NCBI GenBank assembly: GCA_965644295.1
Contig: CBFFRP010000289.1
Location: 870-64,869, forward strand
Origin: Paraphysomonas bandaiensis
Taxonomy: Eukaryota; Protista; Chrysophyceae
Length of the DNA: 64,000 nt
Direction: 5' to 3'
Below, one piece after another: positions 1 to 12,395 of the stretch (positions are counted from its first letter, which is position 1; every line of letters starts with the position of its first letter). The translations under genes were made by a program, and so were the position numbers. Under the pieces are notes generated by a model. The model worked only from the letters and a program-made list of their open reading frames with translations, searched no databases and was not told the DNA's origin.

Positions 1-134
1 ACATCCCAATCAATACGACCTTTAGTAGATTCAACTACTTGCCCACCCATGCTGCGTATTTCCGTTAAAATCCAAATAAGATTATGACCAATACGGCAGG
101 CGGTAATCACGAAGCACTCAAAATAAAATCATAA

Positions 135-1657
135 CTATATTACGTACCCCCCGAACATGGAGCCCACAGCACGATCAATGTTGTTTAAGTTGATAACCCT
201 GTCGATAGCCCATATCCATTTCCATCGAACCTTAGAATACCGTGACGGGTTAATCGATATATCAGTCATGTATTTTAGAGTGGTACTCTTCTGACACAAG
301 TATTGCTGTATAGATTTTACTGTATCATCTTCAAACTTTTGCGCTTTGTCAACATGTACGGTTGCCCCAGTGATGTCAAACTTCACCGCGCCTGTAAGAG
401 TTTCCACAGTGCTGCTATTCAAGCTGTATAACAGAAATATAAATGATTGAACGTAATTTATGAAGTACTTACGCACGGGACTTTCGTCGTTTATCAGATA
501 TATGCGCTGGATCTAGTGCTGCTGGTTTGCCCACCTCTAGGTTTTCCATGCTATCGAGTTCAGCTGAGATTCGTATATCAGAGATGTTGTGTTTATTTTA
601 AAACCATACCATTAAATCGTCGCATAATCATTTCCACTTCAGATCGGGTGGAATCTTTATACTGGGCATTGAGTGTAGCCAAGATATAGTCTGTGGCTAA
701 CTTTACTTTCTTCAGGCGATGAGCAGGGGTCTCAAGGGTTACAGGAATATGCAGCTTTTCCTCCAGAATTTTAAATATCTTCGAAGCAGGGGAATAGATT
801 CGGTTAAACTCTTTTCCTGTAATAGTATCATACGGAATAATCTCAAATGTGTCACAATGCTCGTGGTAAAATACACACACTTGGGCATTCATGCGACACC
901 TCCAAAAGAGTAATGGAGCGCTCACAACGCGTTTTCCTTGAAGTGGTGCAAGGCGCGCTGAGCGAGATTTAGGAGAAACATTCAGAGCGCTGCAACCATT
1001 TTGGAGCTTTAAGGAAGTAAACTGCACCTCTGAACCAGAACATTCACTATGATCGTCATTAGAAAAAAAAATATTCGAGCCTGAATTCGGAACACCCAGA
1101 GGTTGCAAAGAAGGAGAGCGAGGAGATAGTAGATCATCCATACTACGAGAACGCATACGACACAAGTGTTTCTTCGTATCAGTTTTCCTAGAAAGCGGTT
1201 CTAAATTTACGACATTTTTTTCTCTAGATATCGCATGCACGTCAATATCATCAGTGCTCTGTTTTCGCATCAAGGAGGGATACCGTTCTTCTGCTCTTTC
1301 TTTCGAGTAGGGTCCAACTCCTTGCCATGCGTAACGAGGAGCACTCGAAGCAGCTTTACTTACACGAGATTTATGAATTGACTGCTCGTGCAACCTGTCT
1401 CCAAAGTCAACAAATCTCGAAATATTGATAATGGCCTTCGCAATTCTTTGCACTCTGGGAATGCGGCGCCCTCCAGTGTTATTCTCATGTTCAATGTTCT
1501 TTTCATCGGCAGTTTCCTTTACTTCACTTTCTTGTTCGATGTGATTTTCATTTGAGGGGAGTTTATTCATCTCTTCAGGGTCATTATCGAGCATTGTGCT
1601 GCTTTGATGTGTTGTTGAAGTTGACTCACAACTGAAGTCACTAATACACACATCCAT
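135..1657 (-). CDS. Hypothetical intron-containing protein (may extend beyond the window start)
   Basis: 354-aa ORF 593-1657 joins through GT..AG introns (about 563-608 and 424-472) to the 135-423 frame (LNSSTVETL...RWKWIWAIDRVINLN). Low-complexity N-terminus; no family recognised. Confidence 0.6.
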
Positions 1658-2058
1658 TTCATAAAACTAGAACACAAGATGTAACTTTCATCTCTTCTTG
1701 AAGCGTATATTCACTCTTTTGCTTTGTTCACTCTTGTGATTAGCTGTACCATGTCTAGTACACGCAGCCACAGTCTAGCAGCAGATCCGAGATGAGAATG
1801 CTCATCGTCAGATTATCAGAGTCACGTGATTGGACGACACACCACTTTCCTTCCGTAAGGCCGCTACTTACTTCCGAAACTATATTATATAGGGACACAA
1901 CAAAAGACTTTTTTTTTCAGCAAAATTGTTTTTGTCGTTATAGTGGTGCACACAGAAATTTCTGATCATTCAATGCTCGCTTGATCTCACTGAATACACT
2001 GCGAAGCAAAGCATTAAGCATTGACACAAGTCACAAGTGACTGTGTAAAGTTGATAGC

Positions 2059-2945
2059 ATGATATTTTATGCGTGGGTGCGTTGTCCCGAAAGTTGTCTG
2101 TGCAGGACATCCTTGATCAAACAGCTCATGAAGCAATCTCGAGAGTCCAGTGAGGATCGCATAATTTCAAGAAGAAATGTCTACGAACGGATTGACTACG
2201 ATAACACACCATGGGGACTTCTTCTGAGGAATGCAAGGATAAGAGACCCCACAACTCGTGAAGGTATGGCGTTTGGTATTGTATTATGTACCATGTTACA
2301 CTGCAGCAGTTCAGAACGCGTTTTCGAATTCCGTATCAAAAGTTTCAAGCACGATGTTTTTTATTGCCTTGATTAGCATCATCATCACATTTTTATAAAC
2401 ACTCTCAACCTCTGCGAGTGGACCTGATTTGAATGATGTGTGTATGAGATGAGGCACACAATCCTGATAAGCACGACGTGACGGACACCCTGAAAGAGCT
2501 GGGTGCTACTGCCTATACAGCATCAGATATGGCACTTAAACTATCCTGGAATATTCTTGAACTTGTTTTGAAGTCCAAGCTGGTTATGGTTATAGTCGAA
2601 GCGAAATGTCAGAATTCACAGTGCAACACTGTCACCAATATGTGGATGCGGTCACTGCTGCGAACGGGAAATCGCTACGAATCAGTCTGAACGACTTATA
2701 AAGGCCAAATGCACTTCTTAACACCGAAGGATTATGTCTGGGCGGAGAACACCAGGTCAACAATTAGCAAGACTTCTGAGATGAGGTTCAGGCGTGCGGA
2801 GGCCGCAGATCTGACACGACCAAGCACTATGGCTCGGAAGTTCCTTGCTCATATACGGCTGACTGCGTCCACTCAGGTGGAGAGGATGTTGAAGACTGAG
2901 ATGAGATCGGCTTCGACCCCTGGGAAGGGCTTACAAAACCTTTAG
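2059..2945 (+). mobile_element. Degenerate DNA transposon remnant, possibly PIF/Harbinger-like
   Basis: Fragment YERIDYDNTPWGLLLRNARIRDPTTREG resembles, from recall, the N-terminal region of protist Harbinger-type transposases. The frames are broken and no DDE core or TIRs are visible. Confidence 0.3.
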
Positions 2946-3751
2946 CTTATTCAAGGATGGAAAGGAGAGAGGATTCTCGGCTCGTCATGAAGAGAGGGTG
3001 CCCTTCGGGGTTACCCTGTTGTATGAGAGCAAGCCTGATCTAATGATAGGCTCAGATCAATAAGTCATAATTTAAAGGTTGACTATATGAGTGATGAATA
3101 TGGCTAAAAAACCGTTCATAATAGAGCCCCCCCTTCCAATGCTCCAATGTTAACTGATTGAAATCCAGCGAACATTCCGTTATACAAATGCTTTGATTAT
3201 GATTGCTTGTTGGGTAAAGAAAGCAACCAAGAAAATATTGCTGTTGCATAGATTGCATGGATCGGCTGATAGATTAACGAATATGACCATGAGGACATGA
3301 ACATGATGAGCGAGAGATGTCAATTGTTTTGAATAATACTGTAAACATATCTATTTCGAGATACGAATATATTCAAGACCTCAAAGGAGTGAACATGAAG
3401 TTGTTTATAGTCAAGATATTAAATATTTAGGTATAGGAAGGGTTTGAATATATTGCATCGCCTACGTTTGAATATTACTTCTGCATCACTTGTAACCATT
3501 TCTGTTATTACAATGAATATCAGCGCCTATTAAAGAACTATTAAGTGTTAACAGCATTTATTCTTCGAATTTTGAATCATTAGGTAGACGCGTAGATAGA
3601 CAAAAATTGAATTGATTACCTCTATTACGACGCATATTGATATAATAAACCGTGCTACTTCGAAATAACACTTTTGTACTTTGAACCAAACTCAATAATC
3701 TTTATATTATAGTTTCAGCCTAATATGATGCACAGAACGTAGTCATCTTTG

Positions 3752-4841
3752 TTATCTACTGTTTGGAGGCCTTGGCTCGATGCAATACGTGAAGTTCGGG
3801 GAAATCGCATCTGGTGAATGATAATTCTTATACAGTCGCAAAAGATTCCTTTCCAGCATCGTGACAGTTACTTTTCCCACCTGAGGTATATACCGAACCC
3901 CAGGAACAGTTCTCAAAAGGTCATCTGAATCCATATTTTTGAAAGATGAAACATTTATCACCACGGTGTTCGGTTTAATCCACTCCACCGGGAGACGATA
4001 AGACGGTGTTGGTACTCCCGTGACAACTACATCAGACATTCGCACAGCCTGCTCCAGAGTCATATTGGGCTTTTCCATGAGTCCTCGTCTCATAAAATAA
4101 ATGGAATCAATATCGACAGAATAAATATCTGCCCCATCGTTTGCCAACATAGCAGCGAGGGGTCTCCCTACGATCTCCGAGCGATTTATAATTGTGACAA
4201 CTTTCCCGTACATTCTGTTGCCTGTTGGAAGATCTCTGTCATATACACATAAGTGCTCTAACACTTTCACGCATGCCAAAGGGGTGCATGGGAGAACAGA
4301 CTTTAGATTCTCAGCCTCATCCATGTAGCGCACATTACGATATAGGTTATAGCGATACGTGAAGCATAGCCCTTCAACATCCTTTTTGTATGACACTGAA
4401 TCGCGCAAGTAATCATCCATACTACCGCCATAGAATGAAGGAGATTGACCTACAACGACCAAATTTTACAATTACTAAAAACAACATCATCATGACCTCA
4501 CCAAAAACAGGATAGTATATAATAATTCCATGAACTCGATGATCTTCATTTGCTTCGTACAACTTCCATTCAAGTTGAGATTCAGACACCTTACGGAGTT
4601 CGAATGCTATTCCCGTAGACTCACAACTTCTTTTTGTCCATTCCGCGTACTTTATGGCGGCCGGATCCTGTATAAAGTAAATATATATATATATATATAT
4701 CTACTGTGCACATACTTCATTGGCCAGAAATCCCACCAATAGGGGTCCATTTTCAGAATTTTTCCAGTGTGCAGCTTCCTCTGCGAGTGACACTAGGTAC
4801 GGATCTGCCACCTCTGCTGCATTAATTTTTACACCGCTCAT
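3752..4841 (-). CDS. MTD1: NAD-dependent methylenetetrahydrofolate dehydrogenase (yeast Mtd1-like)
   Basis: Motifs KDVEGL, LPCTPLACVKVLE, TIINRSEIVGRPLAAMLANDGA and YIPQVGKVTVTMLERN. Upstream exons give MSGVKINAAEVADPY...LVGFLANE; two short introns. Confidence 0.9.
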
Positions 4842-5699
4842 CTCTCAGTATGCCAACAGATATTTCCTCTTGTTTTACGTTAAATGGGTTGGAAGTAATA
4901 AGATGCACCTGTTTGCTGCAGAGTTAAAAAATTCTCCCTGTCACTTCGTTGGTATGCCGGCATGTTTCATAGATCAGTTCTGAAGATATTCTTCTCACGC
5001 CATACACAAGTATGTGTGCTGTTCTTTAATATCCACTGAAAGGAAAGTATTCCCAAACAGTGAATTGTGATTGGATATAAAGTATGTCAGAAAACGAGTT
5101 GTCAGGAGGAGCAGCAGCACAGTAATTTCATTTGGTATTTACAAATCAATCGTTAATACAATGTTTTGATTTGATACAGTCTGTTCAAGCAAGTCACTTG
5201 CAGTCATAAGGTTCACATAGTGAGACTTATGCCATGCAGGCAGGGAAAATTAATTACTAATACGAGCGTTCATCCAAACTTTAAACTTATAGTTATGCTG
5301 TATATGATTGAAAGTTTTACGGCTTGGGGTCGGCTTTCCACCACTTATTTTCAAGTCGTGCTATGTAACGAAATACAAGCTAAGGGAGGCTGATATATGA
5401 GGAGAAACTGTTACACAGTTTTAATGACACGAGAATTTGGGAATGATGGATACTTAAAATGTAGCAAATCGAACTACCTACTACGAAATAGTTGCAACCT
5501 GCAGCTCCAAGAGGGCACCCTACAACAAATCCTACGTTCAATTGAGCTGCCACATAATCTACGGCTGCTAATTTCCTTCCAATCATGCATCCCAGTGGAA
5601 CTCCCACTGGTACTCCAACTTTAGCATCAGACTCGTCAAATCTACCGGTATATTCTGTAGATAGTGTGGTGCAATATCTTCCCTTCTGACATTATACTT

Positions 5700-6330
5700 T
5701 AGGTTTTCAAGTCATAACGCCGTCCGAATTCTTGAAGAATTCTATTATCGTTATAGCATATTTATTAACCCTAGCAGATTGTTCAATATTTCAACCTCCG
5801 CCATTGCTATCAGTATCATCAACGACGTTGAGCGCAGAAGGTGGCACGCTTTTTCTTGTGTGATATTACGTACACGATTTACTTTTGTGGTACATTCATA
5901 TCAAGTAAATGCTGCAGAACTTGAGCTTTATCTGGCAACTGGACACTCAAAAGTTCTTTGCAATTGCAGATTTACAGCACATCTTCAAGAAGAGAGTATC
6001 AACTTTTACCTAGCTGCGTTAGTTAAGGTCAGTGTTATAATTGTTCAGTTGCTGCCCGTATCATTTCAATAATTGCAATAGCTGTAGTTGACTGTCTGTC
6101 TGAATCAAGCAGTAGTACAGGTAGCACCTAGACACCTTGAAATGTTGATGTTTCTGCGTGAAAATCGGCATCTTTGGGATAAGATTATAGTTCAGAAGGT
6201 TATTCTAAAATCTAGCTATAGTATGGAAGGCAATTAATTGGCAATAATTGGATGCTTGCTTAATAATTGCAATAATTATTGCAGGACATCTCTCACCAAT
6301 TAATTGCCAATTAATAGTTACGCGAGCTTG
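5700..6330 (+). mobile_element. Degenerate hAT transposase remnant with right-end sequence
   Basis: PRHLEMLMFLRENRHLWD at about 6127-6180 resembles the hAT C-terminal region. The end CAATTAATTGCCAATTAATAGTTACGCGAGCTTG resembles the right end of the hAT element at 17928. Left boundary approximate. Confidence 0.5.
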
Positions 6331-7429
6331 GTAGTACAGCTAATAATATCGTAAGTGGCGTATTGGTGGGTCTAATACCTAATACTAAGCGTTGCGCTAT
6401 ACTTGTTTTTCCAGCAGAAATTATTAACGAATTAGGATGTGCAAGTTCTTTAAGAAAAGAAACTAAATTGTTGACGAAAACTGTAAAAAATAGCTTCACG
6501 ATTTCGTATGTAGGTATTGTTATTATTGTATTTTTTCCTGAATACGAAGTAATGAAATGATTTCTTTTGTGATGAAATACTCAACTTGTTATATACTGTG
6601 ACAATGTAGTATGTGTTGAGATCTGAAGATTCTATATACTTGCAATTGAGTGCAGTATTATGTGAGATGCAAGGATCGAAAGATATATATGTAATTATTC
6701 CCATTTTGTCTCAAAAAATGCTTTTTTTGACCTGATTTGGGCTCAACAGGGCGCTCATATCAGCACCGGGCAAATATAGACATTCAACTTCAATTTTCGG
6801 TTGAACAGAAGCTCACTTCTATCTTCATTATGATAATGACAGTCGAATGTACGTGATTTTATTATAGTACACAATTATAGAGAAACCACAATCATGAGCC
6901 AAATATCAAGAGCAAATCATCTAACACTCCAGGTTATATTCCATCCTTCGACTGCTGTAGAAGATCACAACGATGTCAGTGCAAGTGATCTGTCTTCATA
7001 TCCAGGACTTCGAAACAACTTCAAGAATATTACAGGAGAGTTTAAGTACCATATCTGATGCTATATAGGTGGTTAGGAGCAGTGGCACCCAGTTCTTTCA
7101 GGGTTGGAGCCATATCATGCTTCTCAGGATATTGTGTGTCTCATATCATACACACATCCTTCGATAAGGTGCACTTGCAGAGGTAAAGCCTGCTGTATAT
7201 AAATGTGATGATGATGCTAATTAAGGCAATAAGAATCCTCTCTGTCATCTTCAACTGTTTACATTTATCATCACACTTACAGTATACATATCATTCATTT
7301 GAAACTATATGAGTTCTCAATTGTGTTATTAATTTAATCAAGGAACATCTATTCTTTAATACAGCAAGCATGCTACAAATAGCTATACAATCTAATATTA
7401 ACTTTTCAACGTCATGAGGATAACCTACA

Positions 7430-7550
7430 ATTTAACCTAGGGATAAGGAGGATCGTCCCGCGCTCTAAATTATAAAACTCGGGCTTTTCGCCCTCGTTTC
7501 AAAATTTTGAGCGCGGGACGATATAGCCTCCTTATTGCCCGTGGTTAAAT
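7430..7550. repeat. About 120-bp imperfect foldback palindrome (MITE-like)
   Basis: ATTTAACC..ATAAGGAGG ATCGTCCCGCGCTC pairs with GAGCGCGGGACGAT..CCTCCTTAT..GGTTAAAT around a central GGGC-TTTTC-GCCC hairpin. Confidence 0.75.
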
Positions 7551-7899
7551 ATAACTATAGTACATTATATATATTGTGTAGTATGAAACTGAAATAGAAG
7601 TGGGTGACTATACAGGATACGATCACTGAGTGTGCGGTTTGTACACTATAGTAGTAATTGAATGGTCTTGAACGCATCGAATACAACTTAGGTTCTATAA
7701 TATTATGTAATGCTTATAATTTTATCTTATCAATTGATAATAGCAAACCTTAGCAAATAATGTCAACTTCTGTTAGTATGTATAACATAATTTAATACTT
7801 CATGTCCATTAACCATGATCCACACGCACGTAGCGACAATGAAATATATATAATTACAGAATCCAGTTTTTTTTCATTCTATATTTCCTCTGTACACAG

Positions 7900-8164
7900 T
7901 ATTAGGATTCATCTTAATACATGATTGTATCTGTGAGTTATAATGTTCAATGAAATACACCATGAACTGAATTAGAGAGAGTATCTGTCGAAGATACGTG
8001 ATCGTCATCATAACGTCGTCATTATCAGTTACACTTCTAACTATTCCGTTGTGCATGATAGTACGTCCTATATTGTTATTCATAATTTTCACTCTATCGT
8101 GTTCATTACTTACACTCTAATAATCACAACATTGTTTTACTATAATAAAGATCAATTCTTTATT
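7900..8164 (+). repeat. 5' LTR (TATTAGG...CTTTATT)
   Basis: Direct repeat of 9720-9984, preceded by TSD CACAG and followed by the PBS. Confidence 0.95.
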
Positions 8165-8174
8165 TGGTAGCGAG
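8165..8174 (+). promoter_or_regulatory. Primer-binding site (probably initiator tRNA-Met)
   Basis: TGGTAGCGAG directly after the 5' LTR, complementary to a tRNA 3' end ...GCTACCA like the Ty1 PBS (TGGTAGCG). Confidence 0.7.
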
Positions 8175-8189
8175 TAACTGAAACTCAAA

Positions 8190-9520
8190 TTGCACCAAAT
8201 CGATTTCACAACTGCGTACATCAATGCTGACCTCGAAGAGGACATATGCATGCATCCCCCTCCTGGCATGGACGTCCCTGACGGAAAAGTCCTCAAACTG
8301 ATGAAAAGCATCTATGGTCTAAAGCAAGCAGGTCTTAACTGGTATAAGTGCTGTACAAATTTTATGCTAGATATGGGTTTCACCAGACTAATATCTGACC
8401 CGTGTATATTCAAAAAGCAGATTAATGGCAGGATTATGCTAATAGCCATGTATGTGGATGATATTATTATAGCATCTACATCCGACACTGATATCCAACA
8501 ATTCAAAGACCATTTATCCAAAAAGTTCGAAATTACGGATCTCGGACTCCTAGATTATTACTTGGGCATCTCCATTCATCAAGATTTTGACAAAAATATC
8601 ACGACTCTCAGTCAGGAGCAGTATGTCAGAAAACTACTGGACAAATTCAATATGTCCAACTGTAAACCCATGTCAACACCTATGTTACTGTCTTTCAACT
8701 ATGATTTACATGAATACAATCATCTTTCAGAGTCAAATCAAAGTTATGTTCAGAATTTCCCCTACAAGGAGCTCATAGGTTCCCTGATGTATCTAGCTGT
8801 ATGCACTCGACCGGATATCGCCTACGCAGTCAATACTCTTGCCAGATTTTCTGATATGCCTATAATCTAACTACCTGTAATGCTGCGTTACATGTTCTTA
8901 GGTATCTCAAAGGCACTGCTAAGCAAGGATTGATATATTCTGGATCCCACATAACATTGTCAGGATACTGCGATAGCGATTGGGCACGATGTCACCTCAC
9001 TCGACGGTCCACTACAGCTTTTACATTCTTCATAGGTAATTGTCTTATATCATGGCAATCTCGATTACAGACAACTGTGGCATTGTCATCTACTGAAGCT
9101 GAGTATATGGCTCTATCGTCAGCAGCTCAGGAAGCATTATGGCTACGCTCTTTATTATCAGAAATTGGTTTCAAACTTCCATTCTCAACAACTATTTGGT
9201 GCGATAATAAAGGTGCAGTCCTATTATGTTACAATCCTACTCATCATCGACGTACAAAACATATCGCGATTCGATATCACTTCATCCGTGAGCATATTGC
9301 CGAGAACATTTTGACTGTTGATCATATATCCACGAAGTCAATGTTAGCCGACCTCCTTACGAAACCACTAGGAGCAAATAACTTCCGCACATTGCGAACT
9401 ACATTGATGGGGGGAGCTGGGTTCGACATCCCATCCAGCAGCAACAGAAAGCGATCAACAACCTCAGAGACACCTAAATCACAATTACCAAGCCACAAGC
9501 GACCTAGGTGGCTAGTTTGA
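8190..9520 (+). pseudogene. Truncated, frameshifted Copia reverse transcriptase-RNase H
   Basis: QIDFTTAYINA, KSIYGLKQAG, MYVDDII, TRPDIAYAV, GYCDSDWA, SSTEAEY, RTKHIAIRYHFIRE and ADLLTKPL. Frameshift near 8860-8870. Confidence 0.92.
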
Positions 9521-9708
9521 GTTACACGGATTTTTTACCATTTTTTTTACTTTTATTCAATACATGATGCTGGACTAGAAGGATGGTCTCACAATATGGC
9601 ATCTCTGCAGTTCGCTTATTATTGACTAGTGACTGCTACTCTGGTTTTTACTCTCAGTGTGCATAAGTTCATATTCTCTCTATTATCTACGGTTCACTGA
9701 TTATTTCA

Positions 9709-9719
9709 TTGAGGGGGCG
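9709..9719 (+). promoter_or_regulatory. Polypurine tract
   Basis: TTGAGGGGGCG immediately before the 3' LTR. Confidence 0.7.
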
Positions 9720-9984
9720 TATTAGGATTCATCTTAATACATGATTGTATCTGTGAGTTATAATGTTCAATGAAATACACCATGAACTGAATTAGAGAGA
9801 GTATCTGTCGAAGATACGTGATCGTCATCATAACGTCGTCATTATCAGTTACACTTCTAACTATTCCGTTGTGCATGATAGTACGTCCTATATTGTTATT
9901 CATAATTTTCACTCTATCGTGTTCATTACTTACACTCTAATAATCACAACATTGTTTTACTATAATAAAGATCAATTCTTTATT
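9720..9984 (+). repeat. 3' LTR
   Basis: Identical to 7900-8164, followed by TSD CACAG. Confidence 0.95.
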
Positions 9985-10197
9985 CACAGGGCTTTGACAG
10001 ATGTAATATGGCGAGTATTTCTCACATTGAAGTCATCAGCTAACTAAATGAAAAGGAGGAGTCTCGGTAATAACATCCAATATACCATGATATACACATT
10101 TCTATACTCTATTATAAATTAGAGTGGCAAAGTTCTACTAAACACTACAGAAAAAGCGGTCATGGATGACACAGTAATATAACATGCACTCTGTACA

Positions 10198-11177
10198 CTA
10201 CGGGTATGTTATCAACGGGCTGGCATAGGATGATGGTCTACGCGTTAACGGAAGCAATTTTTCAGTTTCTCTCTCGGTGGCAGGTATAACCGGGTTGAGA
10301 CCTAGCGCTTTGATTAGACCTTTCGTAATTGGTATCATCCACATCACAGACAGGCCCCACAGCAACATAATAACAGCAGGATACAAGACTCTTTCTGGAC
10401 CACTCATTATTGCCCAAGTTTGTTCAGGGTAGGTGACAATATCGCTGTGAAATATCCATAACCACACCGGGAAAAGCGCAATACGGAATACAAGGAAACC
10501 CAACCAAAGTGCAAAGCCTGCGAATGCGGTTACAATCTTCGCATAGTAATGATCAGGAGGAAAACAATTAAGAGAAATGCCTAAAATTGATAATGGTCCA
10601 GTAGTTAGTTCACAGCAGCCTGCTAACAGACCCCAGAAGTGCATGTGATGCACAACTAGCGCATTTGCAAAACACACAGTGGAGAAAATATGATGAGCGG
10701 TCATTTGCCATAACAGACCCTTCTCGTTGTCCCAAAGTAAAATCGTTTGCACTGGTATATGCAGCAACATCCGAGAAACATACAGGTACATAAACCAGTA
10801 GGAGGATGGCGTGGACTCAGACCAGCGAGCGTCTACTGTATTTTCGTCTAACAGCTCCATGGACCCGGACACGGCAATGTAGGCAATAATTGGGAAAAAC
10901 ACAACCGAAAATAAATCATCAGCTACATTGAGGCGTCGCTTAAAATTCATTTCGCTAGCAGGGACTCGGATCTTCTCTTCGTACACGGGGATATCGAGCC
11001 CATACGACAACAGGATGCCTGCCAGCATGCCCATGCCGACAATGAGTAGGGCGAAGACAAAGCTTGGCTCTGTACCCATTACCAATAGTAATCCGGTGTA
11101 TATTGCAAAAAATAACCCTGCCTATACTATATGGGAGGTGATATGGACTCCTTAACCAATGTTTCATATACGCACAT
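10198..11177 (-). CDS. TLC (TRAM/LAG1/CLN8) domain membrane protein
   Basis: Multiple TM segments with MTAHHIFS, GCCELTTGPL and FLVFRIALFP TLC-type motifs. Probable short first exon MCVYETL and a ~35-bp intron; start uncertain. Confidence 0.75.
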
Positions 11178-11568
11178 ATGCAGTATGCAGTATGCGTGGT
11201 GTGTGTATGTATCTTCGCACTCTACCCACCGCCGTTGTACAGAAATACAGTGCGTATATCTTCTCACTCCCTAAAACTGTGAAGCAAGAATAGTACGACG
11301 ACTCCTCCCATATACTTGGAATGCCCAAGCACATTAAATGATTAATTCTTCACGTACTATCTGTCTATTCATACCTTTAAATCTGAGTTACCTTGAAATC
11401 GTTGTCACACAATTCTTTTGGCCAAAGTCAAGACCTCCTTAAAACCGTTCTTGCCAAGTATTCTATAAGACTACAGTGCTGTATACCAGATCATTATGCT
11501 ACCTAGCTACAGAGCAAAGTAGATACATATGACACTGGCATGTACACTTCTCTCTTGTAGTGATTAGT

Positions 11569-12395
11569 ATGAATAAATCACCTCTGTATGTTATATTTGA
11601 CTTTGACTGGTCGCTCATAAATGAGAACTCTGATACCTGGGTAAGCGAAGCAACCAGTCACTTGCACACTCACCTCTGACAGAGATTGATACACAGGTGG
11701 TGCAGACTCTCGCTCCTGATCTATACACAGAGCTAAGTGAGTTGGCGAGGAATGATGAAAGCGGGTTTAAGAATCAGTGGACCAAACTCATGGATCACAT
11801 TGTAGGCAGAATGATGACAGAGCGCGGCGTGTCGATCGGTAGTCTCAATGAAGCCTTACGTAATATTCCCATATTCAAAGAGATCGTTACAGCTATTAAG
11901 CTTGTCCATATGTCCGGTGCAAGATTAGCTATATTAAGTGACGCGAATATGCACTATATATCTGTTATTCTGGACCACTTGGGCATAGCAGACTGCTTTT
12001 CTGATATTGTATCTAACAAGGCTGAAATAGAGAGCCCAACACAGTCCACTCAAACTCTCCGTATATTTCCGTATCAAAACGCTACTTCTCCACATCGGTG
12101 CGCTCTCTGCCCCTCCAACCTCTGCAAGGGCGGAGTTCTAGATTCCTGGAGAGCGACTGTCAGCGAGAATACCGGTAATAGTGCTGCCCACAGAGTTGTG
12201 TATATCGGAGATGGACGGGGGGACTTCTGTCCGTCATTACGTCTTGCAACAACAGACATAGTTTTGTGCAGGGAGGGATGGGCACTACACAATGCTATTC
12301 AGCAATCGTCTTCTGTTTGTGCTCAGGTTATTCCATGGTCAACTGGTGGGGACGTATTGCGCGTGTTGGAGTTAATATTACAGGACTCCATATAG
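11569..12395 (+). CDS. HAD phosphatase, PHOSPHO1/PHOSPHO2 (pyridoxal phosphate/phosphoethanolamine phosphatase) family
   Basis: Exon 1 VIFDFDWSLINENSDTW; intron 11641-11696 (GT..AG); then ILSDAN, CPSNLCKG and YIGDGRGDFCP. Confidence 0.9.

Larger units (their letters stand above)
7900..9984 (+). mobile_element. Internally deleted Ty1/Copia LTR retrotransposon (2.1 kb) with identical LTRs
   Basis: Two 265-bp LTRs identical on manual comparison; 5-bp TSD CACAG (7895-7899 and 9985-9989); PBS and PPT present; only RT-RNase H coding remains. Confidence 0.95.

Noticed and set aside
7874-8092. Repeated small ORF MKIMNNNIGRT... (also 9706-9912, 43567-43794, 53345-53533)
   Set aside because: Antisense frame within the LTR copies, not a gene family.
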